A stretch of DNA of 64,000 bases from Gammaproteobacteria bacterium (GTDB lineage: Bacteria; Pseudomonadota; Gammaproteobacteria; Pseudomonadales; Azotimanducaceae), in assembly GCA_030123805.1 (NCBI GenBank), contig JASJXV010000002.1, positions 682-64,681 on the forward strand, given 5' to 3'. The notes under the pieces were generated by a model. It saw nothing but the letters and a program-made list of their open reading frames with translations, ran no database searches and was not told the DNA's origin. A program made the translations under genes and the position numbers. How positions within the stretch are numbered: position 1 is the first letter of the stretch; each line of letters starts with the position of its first letter. Shown here piece after piece: positions 17,327 to 27,090 of the stretch.

Positions 17327-19675
17327 ATGCATAGACGAGTATCCTGGCATGGGTTGCTACTTCTGGTAGCAATAGCAGCTGTTTTATCCGGCTGTGATAA
17401 GGGCGCTAAAGAGACTGAGTCATCAGCGGTGGTCGACACTCAGTCTGCTGTAAAAAAAGCTGACTACGATGCCACCGTGCGTTGGACCGGCTACGGAATT
17501 CCACATATTAAGGCAGACGATTGGGGCAGTCTCGGTTATGGGTTCGGATACGCACGTGCGAAAGATGCGGTGTGTGTACTTGCTGAAGCTATGGTGACCG
17601 CTAACGGCCAGCGAACCATGTATTTCGGTCGGAAAGACCAGAATCTTGATAGCGATATCTTCCATAAAACACTCCTGGATCAGGCGGCTATTGACCACTC
17701 AAGGGAAAGACAGCGCCAGGAAATGCTCAATATGAGTGATGGCTTTGTTGCCGGCTACAATCGCTACCTGCAGGACTACCGGGTTGAGCTTCCCGAATCA
17801 TGTAACGGCAAGCCATGGGTGCGTCCCATGACTGCTGACGATATGGCCAGGATATCCGTTGGCGTCGGCATCCGCTATGGACTCGGCCGCGTGATGACCC
17901 CGATTACCCATGCCACACCCCCAGAGGCAGATACCATCAGCATGGTCAATCGCTACAGTGATTTGCCGGTCACGCTGCTGCCGGATGTAGAGCAAATGGG
18001 GAGCAATGCCTATGCCATTGGCAAAGCCTTGACGGCAAATGGGCGCGGATTGCTACTGGGAAATCCCCACTATCCCTGGCGGGGTCCCTCCCGGTTTCAT
18101 ATTGCGCACCTCACGATACCCGGTGAGCTGAATGTCATGGGGGTCGGGTTGTACACAACGCCTATGATTGCAATTGGATTCAATGAACATATAGCCTGGT
18201 CACATACCGTTTCGACCGCACTCAGATTCACCGTCTATGAGCTCTCTTTGGTGGATGGGAATCCACTCGCTTATCACTATGGCGATGAGATTCGTAATCT
18301 GGAAAAAAGAATTGTTGCCATTGAGGTGCCTGGGGAGAACGGCGAAACAACACTGGAAGAGCATTTCATCTACATGAGTCATTATGGTCCAGTGATGGCG
18401 AGTAAGGACACACCATGGTCGGAGCAGCACGCCTATGTTATGCGGGACGTGAACTTCAAGAATAACCGTTCCAGTGAACAGTATTATCGGTTGGGCAGAG
18501 CCAAATCGGTAGAAGAAATAAAAACAGCCCTGGCTGAAGTACAGGGCGTATCCTTTGTGAATACCATCGCAACTGATATCGAAGGTGCAGCCTTCTACGG
18601 CGATATGTCGGCAATTCCGAATGTGGATCAGGATTTAATCGATAATTGCAAGAGTCCGAATGTCGATTCAATCTTTGGTTATGGCGTTATCGTACTGAAT
18701 GGTAGCAATCCCGAGTGTGAATGGCGCATCGATAATACCGCTGCCGCACCGGGTATTATGCCAGCATCGAAACTGCCGCAACTGGTAACCGATCAGTATG
18801 TTACCAACTCAAACGATTCATACTGGTTGTCCAATCCGGATAACCGGCTGGAAGGATTCTCTCCCATTATCGGTGATGAAGGTGCTGCACGCTCGTTGCG
18901 TACCAGAGCCGGTCTGAAATTTATTGAAGAGGTGATCGCGAGTGAATCCGGCAAATTCACGCCCGAGATCGTTCAGTCAATTATGTACAACCACCGTAAC
19001 TATGGTGCCGAAATCCTTCTGGATGATTTGTTATCGCTATGTTCCGAAGCCTCTGCCTCGACTGAGGTTACTGCTGCGTGCGAGATATTGAAAACCTGGG
19101 ACCGACGGCAGGCTCTCGAAAGTCGAGGTGCACAGATCTACACAGAATTCTGGCAGAATGCCTCTGGTATTGAGAACCTTTACGCTGTTCCATTTGATAA
19201 CAAGGATCCGGTGCATACACCGCGCGGTATAAACACGAAGGATGCGCGGGTCAGGAAGCAGGTGATGGCTGCACTGACTAAGGCTGTGAATACTTTAAAT
19301 GAAGCTGGCATACCGCTGGATGCTGCCTGGAAAGATGTCCAATACGCTGAACGCAACGGTGAGAAGATCGGCATTCCCGGTGGTAGTGGGCGATCCGGCA
19401 TGTTCAGTAATATCTCTGCCAGACTTGAGAAGGGATCAGGTTATACACCGGTCATAGCAGGTAACAGTTACATTCAGGTGGTGACCTGGGATAAGAATGG
19501 CAATCCGGATGCAAGGGTAATCCTAACCTATTCACAGAGCCAGGAGCCGGAATCACCCCATTATGCCGATCAGACCCGGCTCTATTCCGAAGGGCGCTGG
19601 ATCAAGCTGCCGTTCATGGAAGATGACATCGCCCGGGAAACAAAAACGTCAATGAGATTAGTTGGGTCGGATTAG
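17327..19675 (+). CDS. Penicillin-acylase-family Ntn hydrolase (acyl-homoserine-lactone acylase-like), lipoprotein signal
   Basis: MHRRVSWHGLLLLVAIAAVLSGC is a lipobox-type signal. EQMGSNAYAIG fits the autoprocessing site with the nucleophile Ser. Size and overall pattern match PvdQ/QuiP-type acylases. Confidence 0.8.
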   Translation: MHRRVSWHGLLLLVAIAAVLSGCDKGAKETESSAVVDTQSAVKKADYDATVRWTGYGIPHIKADDWGSLGYGFGYARAKDAVCVLAEAMVTANGQRTMYFGRKDQNLDSDIFHKTLLDQAAIDHSRERQRQEMLNMSDGFVAGYNRYLQDYRVELPESCNGKPWVRPMTADDMARISVGVGIRYGLGRVMTPITHATPPEADTISMVNRYSDLPVTLLPDVEQMGSNAYAIGKALTANGRGLLLGNPHYPWRGPSRFHIAHLTIPGELNVMGVGLYTTPMIAIGFNEHIAWSHTVSTALRFTVYELSLVDGNPLAYHYGDEIRNLEKRIVAIEVPGENGETTLEEHFIYMSHYGPVMASKDTPWSEQHAYVMRDVNFKNNRSSEQYYRLGRAKSVEEIKTALAEVQGVSFVNTIATDIEGAAFYGDMSAIPNVDQDLIDNCKSPNVDSIFGYGVIVLNGSNPECEWRIDNTAAAPGIMPASKLPQLVTDQYVTNSNDSYWLSNPDNRLEGFSPIIGDEGAARSLRTRAGLKFIEEVIASESGKFTPEIVQSIMYNHRNYGAEILLDDLLSLCSEASASTEVTAACEILKTWDRRQALESRGAQIYTEFWQNASGIENLYAVPFDNKDPVHTPRGINTKDARVRKQVMAALTKAVNTLNEAGIPLDAAWKDVQYAERNGEKIGIPGGSGRSGMFSNISARLEKGSGYTPVIAGNSYIQVVTWDKNGNPDARVILTYSQSQEPESPHYADQTRLYSEGRWIKLPFMEDDIARETKTSMRLVGSD

Positions 19676-19811
19676 CAGAGACTAGTATTTTCCATCATGC
19701 TAAACGCCTCATCATGCTGTAAGCTGGTAAAATAGAAGGTCAAAGACCTGTCTGGTTGTAGCGATCAGGCACGATCTGGCAAAAGCATCAATCGAAGGGG
19801 AATTCAGTTCC

Positions 19812-20825
19812 ATGTCTGATAGTAAACTTCGTATTGGCATTATGGGCTTTGGCAATATCGGGCGTCACTTGTATCGTTTGGCGGTCGAGAGCAGTGACAT
19901 GGCAGTTGTCGCCGTGAGTGATGTCGCAGAAGCTGAAGTACTGCACTACCTGTTGGCAACCGACAGTGTCCATGGTGAAGAGTGCACACTTGAAAACAGG
20001 TATCTAGTTAATGAAAAATTCAGAACCCGAATATTACGTTGTGCCACACCTGATGTGGTTCCCTGGGATGCCTTTGATGTTGATTGTGTTGTCGACGCCA
20101 CTCGCTTGTTTAACACGCGAGAGCATATGCAGGCTCACCTGGACAACGGTGCTCGGAGGGTATTAATAGCCCTGTTGCCTGAGGACTCTATTGATCGTTT
20201 AGTCATTCCCGGTATTAACCTCAACAGCATTCAAACCTCGGATCGGATGATTTGCGCCGGTTCAGCCACCACCAGCGCACTGGCAATGATGCTGAATACG
20301 CTGGATCAGGCACTAGGAATTCAATATGCACTGATGACCTCCATCCATGCATATACCAGCGATCAAGCCTTGCAGGACTATGCCGGGCTGGACTGCCGTC
20401 GCAGCCGTTCCGCAGCAGAGAATATCATTCCGAATTCCAGTCAATCGCCGCAGTGGGTAGGCAAGATTTTACCGCAACTGGAAGGGCGCATTATCGGGAA
20501 CGCCTTGAATGTCCCGGTACAGAAGGGATCCATGATTGACTGTACCGTGATTTTTAAAGGTAACAATGTATCGGTAGAAGACGTTAATACGGCGATGCTG
20601 AATGCGGCAGAAAGCCAACCTGAATTAATAGCCGTGACAGAGGATCCGATTGTTTCTTCGGATGTGATTGGCTATTCCCAGTCCCTGCTGTTTGACATGC
20701 AGGCGACATTAAAGGTAGGGCGCCACACGGTAAAAGCCATCGGTTGGTATGAGAGCCTGGGCCACGCCGCAAGGATAGCTGATGTCTTGCGTGCATACAG
20801 GGACCTCGACAAGCGGGGAGATTGA
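19812..20825 (+). CDS. GAPDH-like paralog lacking the catalytic cysteine
   Basis: Full-length GAPDH fold: GFGNIGR, SIHAYTSDQ, RRSRSAAENIIP, GWYES. The active-site SNASCTTNCLAP is replaced by ICAGSATTSALAM, confirmed at DNA level at about 20248-20290. Confidence 0.8.
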   Translation: MSDSKLRIGIMGFGNIGRHLYRLAVESSDMAVVAVSDVAEAEVLHYLLATDSVHGEECTLENRYLVNEKFRTRILRCATPDVVPWDAFDVDCVVDATRLFNTREHMQAHLDNGARRVLIALLPEDSIDRLVIPGINLNSIQTSDRMICAGSATTSALAMMLNTLDQALGIQYALMTSIHAYTSDQALQDYAGLDCRRSRSAAENIIPNSSQSPQWVGKILPQLEGRIIGNALNVPVQKGSMIDCTVIFKGNNVSVEDVNTAMLNAAESQPELIAVTEDPIVSSDVIGYSQSLLFDMQATLKVGRHTVKAIGWYESLGHAARIADVLRAYRDLDKRGD

Positions 20826-20828
20826 AAC

Positions 20829-21830
20829 GTGAAAATTGCCATAAATGGATTCGGAAGAATAGGTCGCACACTGTTTCGTATTCTCGATGCCCGCAGCGAT
20901 ATCGAGCTGGTTGCTATCAATGACCTCTTCGAACCTCAGATTCTGATGTATCTGTTGAGGTACGATACCGTAATGGGTCGCTTTGAAGGTCCTCTGCACC
21001 TTGAAGATGGGATGGTGGTGACGACCCATACCAGTGCCAGAATGTTGGCTGAACCGGATCCTGCAAAGCTGCCCTGGAAGGAACTGGGTGTAGAACTTGT
21101 TGTAGAGGCTTCCGGTATATTCAGAACTGCGGAACAACTTGTAAAGCATCTCTCCGCTGGCGCGGCGAGGGTGGTGTTGACAGTACCGGCAAAAGATCAG
21201 ATCGACTACACGGTTGTCCTGGGCGTTAATGAGGATGGCCTTAAGCCAGAACACAGGATTATTTCCAATGCCAGTTGTACCACCAACTGCCTGGCGCCCA
21301 TGGCAAAGGTTTTGCATGAAGCGTTTGGTATTGAGGAAGGCGTGATCAATACCGTACACGCCTACACCAATGATCAGCGGCTGGCGGATGTTCCGCACTC
21401 GGATTGGCGACGTAGTCGGGCCGCGGCCGAAAATATCATTCCCACTTCCACCGGGGCGGCACGGGCAGTAGGCGTCGTGCTGCCCGAACTCAAGGGAAAA
21501 CTGGATGGGATTGCCTCACGGGTACCCGTGGCGGACGGTTCAGTTGTGGATATGGCAGTGGAACTGGCAATCGATGTAAGTGTGGAGGATATTCATCAGG
21601 TGGTTAGGGAAGCCAGTCAGAGTGAACGTCTGCGCAATATTCTGCAATATTCGGACAAGCCATTAGTGTCTTCAGACATAATCGGGAATCCCTATTCATC
21701 CATTTATGATTCCAGCTTCACCGAGGTGGTCGGAGGACGGCACGTGAAGACGCTGAACTGGTATGACAATGAGTGGGGTTATGCCAGCCGTGTTTGCGAT
21801 CTGATTGAACTGCTCAGCCAATTTGACTGA
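20829..21830 (+). CDS. gap: Glyceraldehyde-3-phosphate dehydrogenase, type I (canonical active site)
   Basis: The GTG start lies 3 nt after the upstream stop. INGFGRIGR, SNASCTTNCLAP, HAYTNDQ, STGAARAV and WYDNEWGY are all present. Confidence 0.9.
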   Translation: MKIAINGFGRIGRTLFRILDARSDIELVAINDLFEPQILMYLLRYDTVMGRFEGPLHLEDGMVVTTHTSARMLAEPDPAKLPWKELGVELVVEASGIFRTAEQLVKHLSAGAARVVLTVPAKDQIDYTVVLGVNEDGLKPEHRIISNASCTTNCLAPMAKVLHEAFGIEEGVINTVHAYTNDQRLADVPHSDWRRSRAAAENIIPTSTGAARAVGVVLPELKGKLDGIASRVPVADGSVVDMAVELAIDVSVEDIHQVVREASQSERLRNILQYSDKPLVSSDIIGNPYSSIYDSSFTEVVGGRHVKTLNWYDNEWGYASRVCDLIELLSQFD

Positions 21831-22070
21831 GCGGATCAGTCCGGAGCCTGACCTTTTCTTTATCGCCTTCTCATCCGATCCCAACTACTCTGGATAATAT
21901 CGGTTGGCGCATTAATGTGATGCATGTCTCAATTCTTGACTATTGATTCAATTTAGTGACGCGAGCGTCATTTATTAGCAGAAATTCTTGCCATGCCGAC
22001 CACGCGCTGGATGCTGAGTTCTCTCATCGCTGCGTGGAATTTGATTTGCATACCAACGCTACCGACTCTC

Positions 22071-23213
22071 TCAGATTTGAATGTTTTCCTTTGGTAATGC
22101 AAATGAAAACGTGGCCCCTCTGCCCGGCTCACTCTCGACCATCAAGGTACCCTGGTGAACATCAACTATTTTCTTGACAATGGCCAGACCCAAACCAGTG
22201 CTGGTTTCTCCATCCGTTGGCTTATTTTGCAGTTTCTGAAAGTGATCAAACATCTTTAACTGATCTTCGGAAGATATACCTGGACCCTGATCCTTGATCG
22301 AAATCATCAGCAGATCACCCACTTCTTCCAGAGTTACAAAAACTTTCGTGTCATGGGGGGAAAATTTAATGGCGTTACTGATCAAATTATCCAGAATTTG
22401 CGCGACTCGACTGGGGTCAAACCATGAATCTTCTACATTGCTGTATTGCTTTACTATCTCGATGTTTTTTTTCATCGCAATGGGTTCAAAAATCTGCACT
22501 CGTTCATTCACCAGGTCTGCAAGTGAACCAATGCCCAGATTAAGGACTAGCTCGCCCGACTCGATAACCGAGACGTCCAGTGTATCACTGATGAGATTCA
22601 GCATTTTATTGCAGGCAGCTGAGATGATACCCAGATATCGCCTGGAATCTTCGGTATTTAATTGCTCTTCGGATTGAAGAACATCGGCAAATCCCAGTAT
22701 TGAGACAATGGGATTTCTCAGATCGTGGGCCGCCATGCCTATGAATTTATTCTTCAACTGATTCATCTCATCAAGTTCAGCATTTCTGGACTCGATGATT
22801 TTCTGATGTTCCTTAAGTTCACTTAGTGATTCCTGAAGTGCCAGATGTATCCGTATGCGAGCCTTGACAATTTCAGGAACAATAGGTTTGGCAATATAGT
22901 CAACTGCACCGACCTCGAAGCCGAGTGTTTCATCCTGTTCCTGGTCTAGAGCAGTAACAAATATCACCGGAATGTCGGCTGTATCCTGATTCGCCTTGAG
23001 TCGATGACATATCTCGTAACCATCCATTTCCGGCATCGTTACATCCAGTAGGATGAGATTCGGTGGCGGATCGGAGTGCGCGGCTTCCAGTGCCTGTCGC
23101 CCATTGAGAGCGCCTATTATTGTATAGTCGGGTTCAAGGAAAATGGTCAGTATGTCTATGTTCAACCTTTCATCATCGACTATCAGGATTCGTTTTTTGG
23201 CATCTGAATGCAT
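22071..23213 (-). CDS. Hybrid response-regulator/histidine kinase (REC-HisKA-HATPase, no TM segments)
   Basis: ATG at 23213 is preceded by GGGAGGA. The REC domain shows ILIVDDE...LILLDVTMPEMDG, the H-box is AAHDLRNPI, and the ATPase boxes are NAIKFS and GLGLAIVK. Confidence 0.8.
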   Translation of the reverse strand: MHSDAKKRILIVDDERLNIDILTIFLEPDYTIIGALNGRQALEAAHSDPPPNLILLDVTMPEMDGYEICHRLKANQDTADIPVIFVTALDQEQDETLGFEVGAVDYIAKPIVPEIVKARIRIHLALQESLSELKEHQKIIESRNAELDEMNQLKNKFIGMAAHDLRNPIVSILGFADVLQSEEQLNTEDSRRYLGIISAACNKMLNLISDTLDVSVIESGELVLNLGIGSLADLVNERVQIFEPIAMKKNIEIVKQYSNVEDSWFDPSRVAQILDNLISNAIKFSPHDTKVFVTLEEVGDLLMISIKDQGPGISSEDQLKMFDHFQKLQNKPTDGETSTGLGLAIVKKIVDVHQGTLMVESEPGRGATFSFALPKENIQI

Positions 23214-23455
23214 TATCGTCCTCCCATGGTTCACGGGAATGTTGATTCAATCGTGTGCTCACATCAGCAAAATGTCCATAATAGACGGACGGTATCCTTT
23301 TTTGTTGAAGCACCACTCAGGTACGCTAAGCTTTTGTCTCATGGTGGTTTCAGCAGTGTATCGTGACCATGATTGGACTCAAATATACGCTTATTGTCGC
23401 CGCGGAAGGTCAGGTTGACAATACGGCAAGCGATATTAAGAAAGGAGTGTTACCC

Positions 23456-23815
23456 ATGTCTGATCTCAGTATTGGCTATGTCAATGTTTTCGTGAGCGAT
23501 TTTGATCGAGCCGTCGATTTTTACAGCAATACCCTGGGTTTGAAACGCAGCTTGCGTGAAGACAGTTTTGGATATGCGTCTTTTGAAGCAGGTCCAATCA
23601 GCTTCGCGGTAGCTGCAACAGAAGATCCGGCCCTGGTTGGGAAACACACCGGCATTGGTTTTATGGTCGCTGATATCGATGCCACCTATGCTGAACTGAT
23701 CGAAAAGGGAGTTGAATTCGATATGCCACCCACAAAACAACCGTGGGGAGGAATCCTGGCATTGATGAAAGACCCTGATGGCAACATCTTCTACCTGGAT
23801 CCCGGATTCAGTTGA
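23456..23815 (+). CDS. VOC-family (glyoxalase/bleomycin-resistance fold) protein
   Basis: ATG at 23456 follows AAAGGAG. IGYVNVFVSDFDRAVDFYSNTLGL and the C-terminal DPDGNIFYL are typical of the family. Confidence 0.75.
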   Translation: MSDLSIGYVNVFVSDFDRAVDFYSNTLGLKRSLREDSFGYASFEAGPISFAVAATEDPALVGKHTGIGFMVADIDATYAELIEKGVEFDMPPTKQPWGGILALMKDPDGNIFYLDPGFS

Positions 23816-23839
23816 GCGGTTAAAGAACCAGGTAGACAG

Positions 23840-24592
23840 TTATGCACCCGGCGGCAACACCGGTCGGTAGGTTGGAAATTCCCGGTTGTTCCTCGCCATG
23901 GTGATGAGATCCTGGACGGTCTGGTGCTGTGCCAGGTCAGACAATTGCTTGACTGTTACGGCCATCATCCCGAAATCGCCGGCTGCATTTAACCGCAGGG
24001 CTTCACCGGGTGATATCCAGACGCTATCTACGGTTTCGTTACCATCATGAAAACCTACCTGCCGGGTGGGCGCCTCGGTGATAAAGAAACGGGTATCGAA
24101 TCGTCTCGGGCGTCCCGTCGGGGTGATCCATCTATTGTAGAAATGGATCAGATCCACTGCCAGGTTCAGTTTTTCTCTGGCGCAAATCTCCGCCAGGTTG
24201 ATTTCTCCTGCATGAAGCGCATGTCGATAGCCCTCGAAGGTGGCTCGATTGTGATCTTCGTAGCTGAGGATGTCGCCGTCAGAATTGTAGGCTAACAGGA
24301 TCCCGGCCTCCTCAAAGGTCTCGCGAATACCGGCGATCCAGTAACCACACCAATCCTCACCCAACGCTTCCTGCTGTGGTAGCTGTGCGGGTGATGGTCC
24401 CTGACGGTGTTCCTCGTAATAAGCTGCATGGTCATCCTCGTCTACCCGGCCACCGGGAAAAACAAACATGCCGCCAGCAAATGCCGCCTGGTGGGTCCGT
24501 CTCAGCATAAAAATCTCAACCTGGGGTTTCGCATCTTTTGCGATGATTACCGTGGCTGCCGGGCGTACGGGCTGATCGGCATGTTCATGCAT
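23840..24592 (-). CDS. NUDIX hydrolase
   Basis: The Nudix box is GGMFVFPGGRVDEDD...IRETFEEAGILLA. The start is taken at MHEHADQ (24592), because the longer ORF would overlap the upstream VWA gene. Confidence 0.8.
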   Translation of the reverse strand: MHEHADQPVRPAATVIIAKDAKPQVEIFMLRRTHQAAFAGGMFVFPGGRVDEDDHAAYYEEHRQGPSPAQLPQQEALGEDWCGYWIAGIRETFEEAGILLAYNSDGDILSYEDHNRATFEGYRHALHAGEINLAEICAREKLNLAVDLIHFYNRWITPTGRPRRFDTRFFITEAPTRQVGFHDGNETVDSVWISPGEALRLNAAGDFGMMAVTVKQLSDLAQHQTVQDLITMARNNREFPTYRPVLPPGA

Positions 24593-24620
24593 AACAGTAT
24601 TGCGTGCTCCGGTGTTCCTT

Positions 24621-25814
24621 TTAGTATTCAGGTTCGTCTGTTGAATAGATGATACCTTTTTTTGCGGCCTGATCTCGCATCGCAGCAAATAATTTGTGGT
24701 CCAGTGAATCCTCAGCTCCGCCAAGTGCAGCCACGCGTTCTTTCAAATACGCAGATCGCACCTCAGCCAGTTGTCGAATTTTTTGCTGTACCTCGATGCG
24801 CTGTTCAATGGTTGCTTTAATCCGGGCTTCCTGTTCTTCAGGTGCCAATGCTTGCAATGATTCGGGAAGCTCATCCTGATCAATGCTTGCAAGATCTACA
24901 AGACCACGGGCGATATCATCGACTAACTCAGCGTCACCCCGAAAATTGATTTTCCCGCTTTCAGAAGCATTGAATGCCGCTCGTCTTGCACGTGACGCCG
25001 GTGAAGCAGAGGCCAGTGCTTTCCTGATCGCTTCTGCCTTCGCTACCTGTTTGGCTTGCATTTCCCGGCTGCCATAAAAAAGTTTGGTTTTATCAAGTTC
25101 TCTTGATAGCGTGGCCAGCTCTTCATCAAAAGGAGTTGCTATAGCCACTGCATTACCGGCCTGCTCAACCTGAAAATAGCTGCCATTCCCTAGCTGAGCG
25201 ATCTGCAGCCATTGATGACGGGTTTGGATGTTTTCTCCAGCCTGTATGGTATTGATGATGATTCCTGCCTGGTTCGCAAATTTTAGCGTCTCAGGATATT
25301 TCACATCATCCTGGTAATCCATGTGCGGAGGTGCGTCACCAATCAGAAATACCACCTTGTATACCGCAGCATTCTGGCTCCAGGAAATATTATGAACCGC
25401 GTCATAAAGCGCCTGGTTAACGCTCTCCGGACCGTCACCTCCCCCCCTTGCCTGAAAGCTCATTAAAGTCGTGTATACGGAATCCAGGTCAGAAGAAAGA
25501 TCGGTGATTCTGGTGATATAACTATCACCTCGATCCCGGTAGCCGACCAGACCGATTCTTATTTCCGGTGCTTGTTGCGCGGTCGCCATGGTGCTGGCAA
25601 TGGACCATATTTTCTCTTTGGCAGCGTCAATTAGTCCACCCATACTGCCAGTGGTATCCAGTACGAATACGGCTTCTATTATTGGCTGTTGCCTGGTAAC
25701 GGGAATTGTTACATTGGTGGTGGTAATCGAGCCTGAACTCTCGGAGCCGGGATAGAAGCCCACAATTACGGTAGTAATAACAAATAGTCCTATAGCGATA
25801 ATTTTACCTTTCAT
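24621..25814 (-). CDS. VWA-domain protein with N-terminal membrane anchor/signal and C-terminal coiled-coil-like region
   Basis: MKGKIIAIGLFVITTVIVGF is hydrophobic. The MIDAS-like motif is VFVLDTTGSMGG. A VWA-type alternation of beta and alpha segments follows. The C-terminal third is rich in charged and Ala residues. Confidence 0.75.
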   Translation of the reverse strand: MKGKIIAIGLFVITTVIVGFYPGSESSGSITTTNVTIPVTRQQPIIEAVFVLDTTGSMGGLIDAAKEKIWSIASTMATAQQAPEIRIGLVGYRDRGDSYITRITDLSSDLDSVYTTLMSFQARGGGDGPESVNQALYDAVHNISWSQNAAVYKVVFLIGDAPPHMDYQDDVKYPETLKFANQAGIIINTIQAGENIQTRHQWLQIAQLGNGSYFQVEQAGNAVAIATPFDEELATLSRELDKTKLFYGSREMQAKQVAKAEAIRKALASASPASRARRAAFNASESGKINFRGDAELVDDIARGLVDLASIDQDELPESLQALAPEEQEARIKATIEQRIEVQQKIRQLAEVRSAYLKERVAALGGAEDSLDHKLFAAMRDQAAKKGIIYSTDEPEY

Positions 25815-25831
25815 TTTCTTATCTCCAGTTG

Positions 25832-26389
25832 TTAGGGTAAGGTTCGTTTAAGAGCAGATTCTGCGACCTGGTATGCTTGTTGGAATCGGTCCGGATACAC
25901 AGGCATCGGTTCTGCGCCGTGCTGTTGCATATCCACGGGGATAAAGACGAAAAGCGCGTTCACAAGAAGGCAGCACCAGATGCTTAGAAAAAGACTCTCG
26001 GTTTGATAAGCGGCCCAGACGGCTGCCATCAAACTGAAGCCCACCAGCACCAGATCTGCCAATGCAGATATCACGCTGGCGTAAAAGTAGAGGCAACGGA
26101 TGACCCAGACAAGTCCGAGTTGTATTGTTAGAAACAGCAGCGGTGAGGGTATGAACAGAAACATCACGATTGTTAGAAGTACCCAGATCACAACGGTGCT
26201 GAATAGACCGATACGTTCACGACTTCTCTTTAGTAGATATATGATATAGCCCAGGCTGAGACAGGCGACTGTTAAGCAGATCGCCATCTCGCCGTCGACT
26301 ATTGGTACAAGGGCGGTGTAGCTTACAACCCCAATTACACTGGAAGCTAAAGCCAGGATGACGCCTTCCGGAAAAGTAGCCGTTTTCAT
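25832..26389 (-). CDS. Integral membrane protein (4-5 predicted TM helices), unknown function
   Basis: 185-aa ORF with several long hydrophobic stretches. Its start overlaps the stop of the PspA-like gene (ATGA). Confidence 0.6.
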   Translation of the reverse strand: MKTATFPEGVILALASSVIGVVSYTALVPIVDGEMAICLTVACLSLGYIIYLLKRSRERIGLFSTVVIWVLLTIVMFLFIPSPLLFLTIQLGLVWVIRCLYFYASVISALADLVLVGFSLMAAVWAAYQTESLFLSIWCCLLVNALFVFIPVDMQQHGAEPMPVYPDRFQQAYQVAESALKRTLP

Positions 26390-26934
26390 TGCTTGCTCCT
26401 TTTTCTTTGTTCTCGAAGAAAGGCGACTTCAACATCTTCATCGCCAATGACTGGTTGCATATTTACGTCACGACTGTTCCAGTAGCTGACTGGATGTTCA
26501 GGTTGGTGGTCTGAGACAACCAATTCGACCTTTTGCTGCATGGCTTCCAGGAGCGAGCTGTTTTCCTCGATTCTTGACGCCAGTTCGGCTTGACTTTTTA
26601 CCAGCGTGGTTTGTTGTGCCGATAATCGTGTAAAAATTTGCTTGCTTGCCAACTTGCGCCTGATTAATGAACGGGCCAGGTCGTCCTTACCTGATTCGAA
26701 GCAGATATCCAATTCTTCGTCAAATTGAATCTGCAGCTGTTCAGTTTTAGCAATTTGGTCAGAGATCTGTTGATGTTCTCTGGCAAGTATTTTTGCTTGT
26801 AGTGAATCCCGGTGAAGATCCTCTGCCATTTCGCGTATGGAATGTTTCAAGAGTGCTTCCGGGTCCTCGATACGATCCAGTACTGCATGCATATCTGATT
26901 GGAATAATCTTGCTACACGTTTGATCAGTGCCAT
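26386..26934 (-). CDS. PspA/IM30 (phage-shock protein A / Vipp1) family protein
   Basis: MALIKRVARLFQSDMHAVLDRIEDPEALLKHSIREMAEDL parallels the PspA N-terminus (F.R....v.a...alL...EDP...l...i.eM). It is followed by a coiled-coil region containing DDLARSLIRRK. Confidence 0.7.
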   Translation of the reverse strand: MALIKRVARLFQSDMHAVLDRIEDPEALLKHSIREMAEDLHRDSLQAKILAREHQQISDQIAKTEQLQIQFDEELDICFESGKDDLARSLIRRKLASKQIFTRLSAQQTTLVKSQAELASRIEENSSLLEAMQQKVELVVSDHQPEHPVSYWNSRDVNMQPVIGDEDVEVAFLREQRKRSKQ

Positions 26935-27014
26935 GGTTTTCTCTCCTGCCGTATTGGCTCATGTGAAAGTGATCACAGTGTAGGCAGAGAACGTGTGGTT
27001 GCGTAGACAGACTC

Positions 27015-27054
27015 ATGTAAAATCACCCCTGCAGAATTTACATAAAATTTACAT
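27015..27054. promoter_or_regulatory. Candidate response-regulator operator: AATTTACAT direct repeat phased at 11 bp plus an inverted near-copy
   Basis: AATTTACAT occurs at 27035-27043 and 27046-27054. ATGTAAAAT at 27015-23 is the reverse complement of ATTTTACAT. The site lies in the divergent region between the pspA-like gene (start 26934) and the OmpR-type regulator (start 27091). Confidence 0.35.
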
Positions 27055-27090
27055 GCTTGATCAGCCGTCAGCTGATAGGATTTATCCACC

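Noticed and set aside
20709-21398. 229-aa ORF antisense to the two GAPDH genes.
   Set aside because: It lies entirely opposite strongly supported gap coding sequence and spans the junction of the two genes. It has no motifs.
22071-23213. I considered whether the orphan REC-first hybrid kinase is part of a novel signalling or defence module.
   Set aside because: It has ordinary domain content and no linked Hpt, effector or partner genes. Its neighbours (gap, VOC) are unrelated housekeeping genes.
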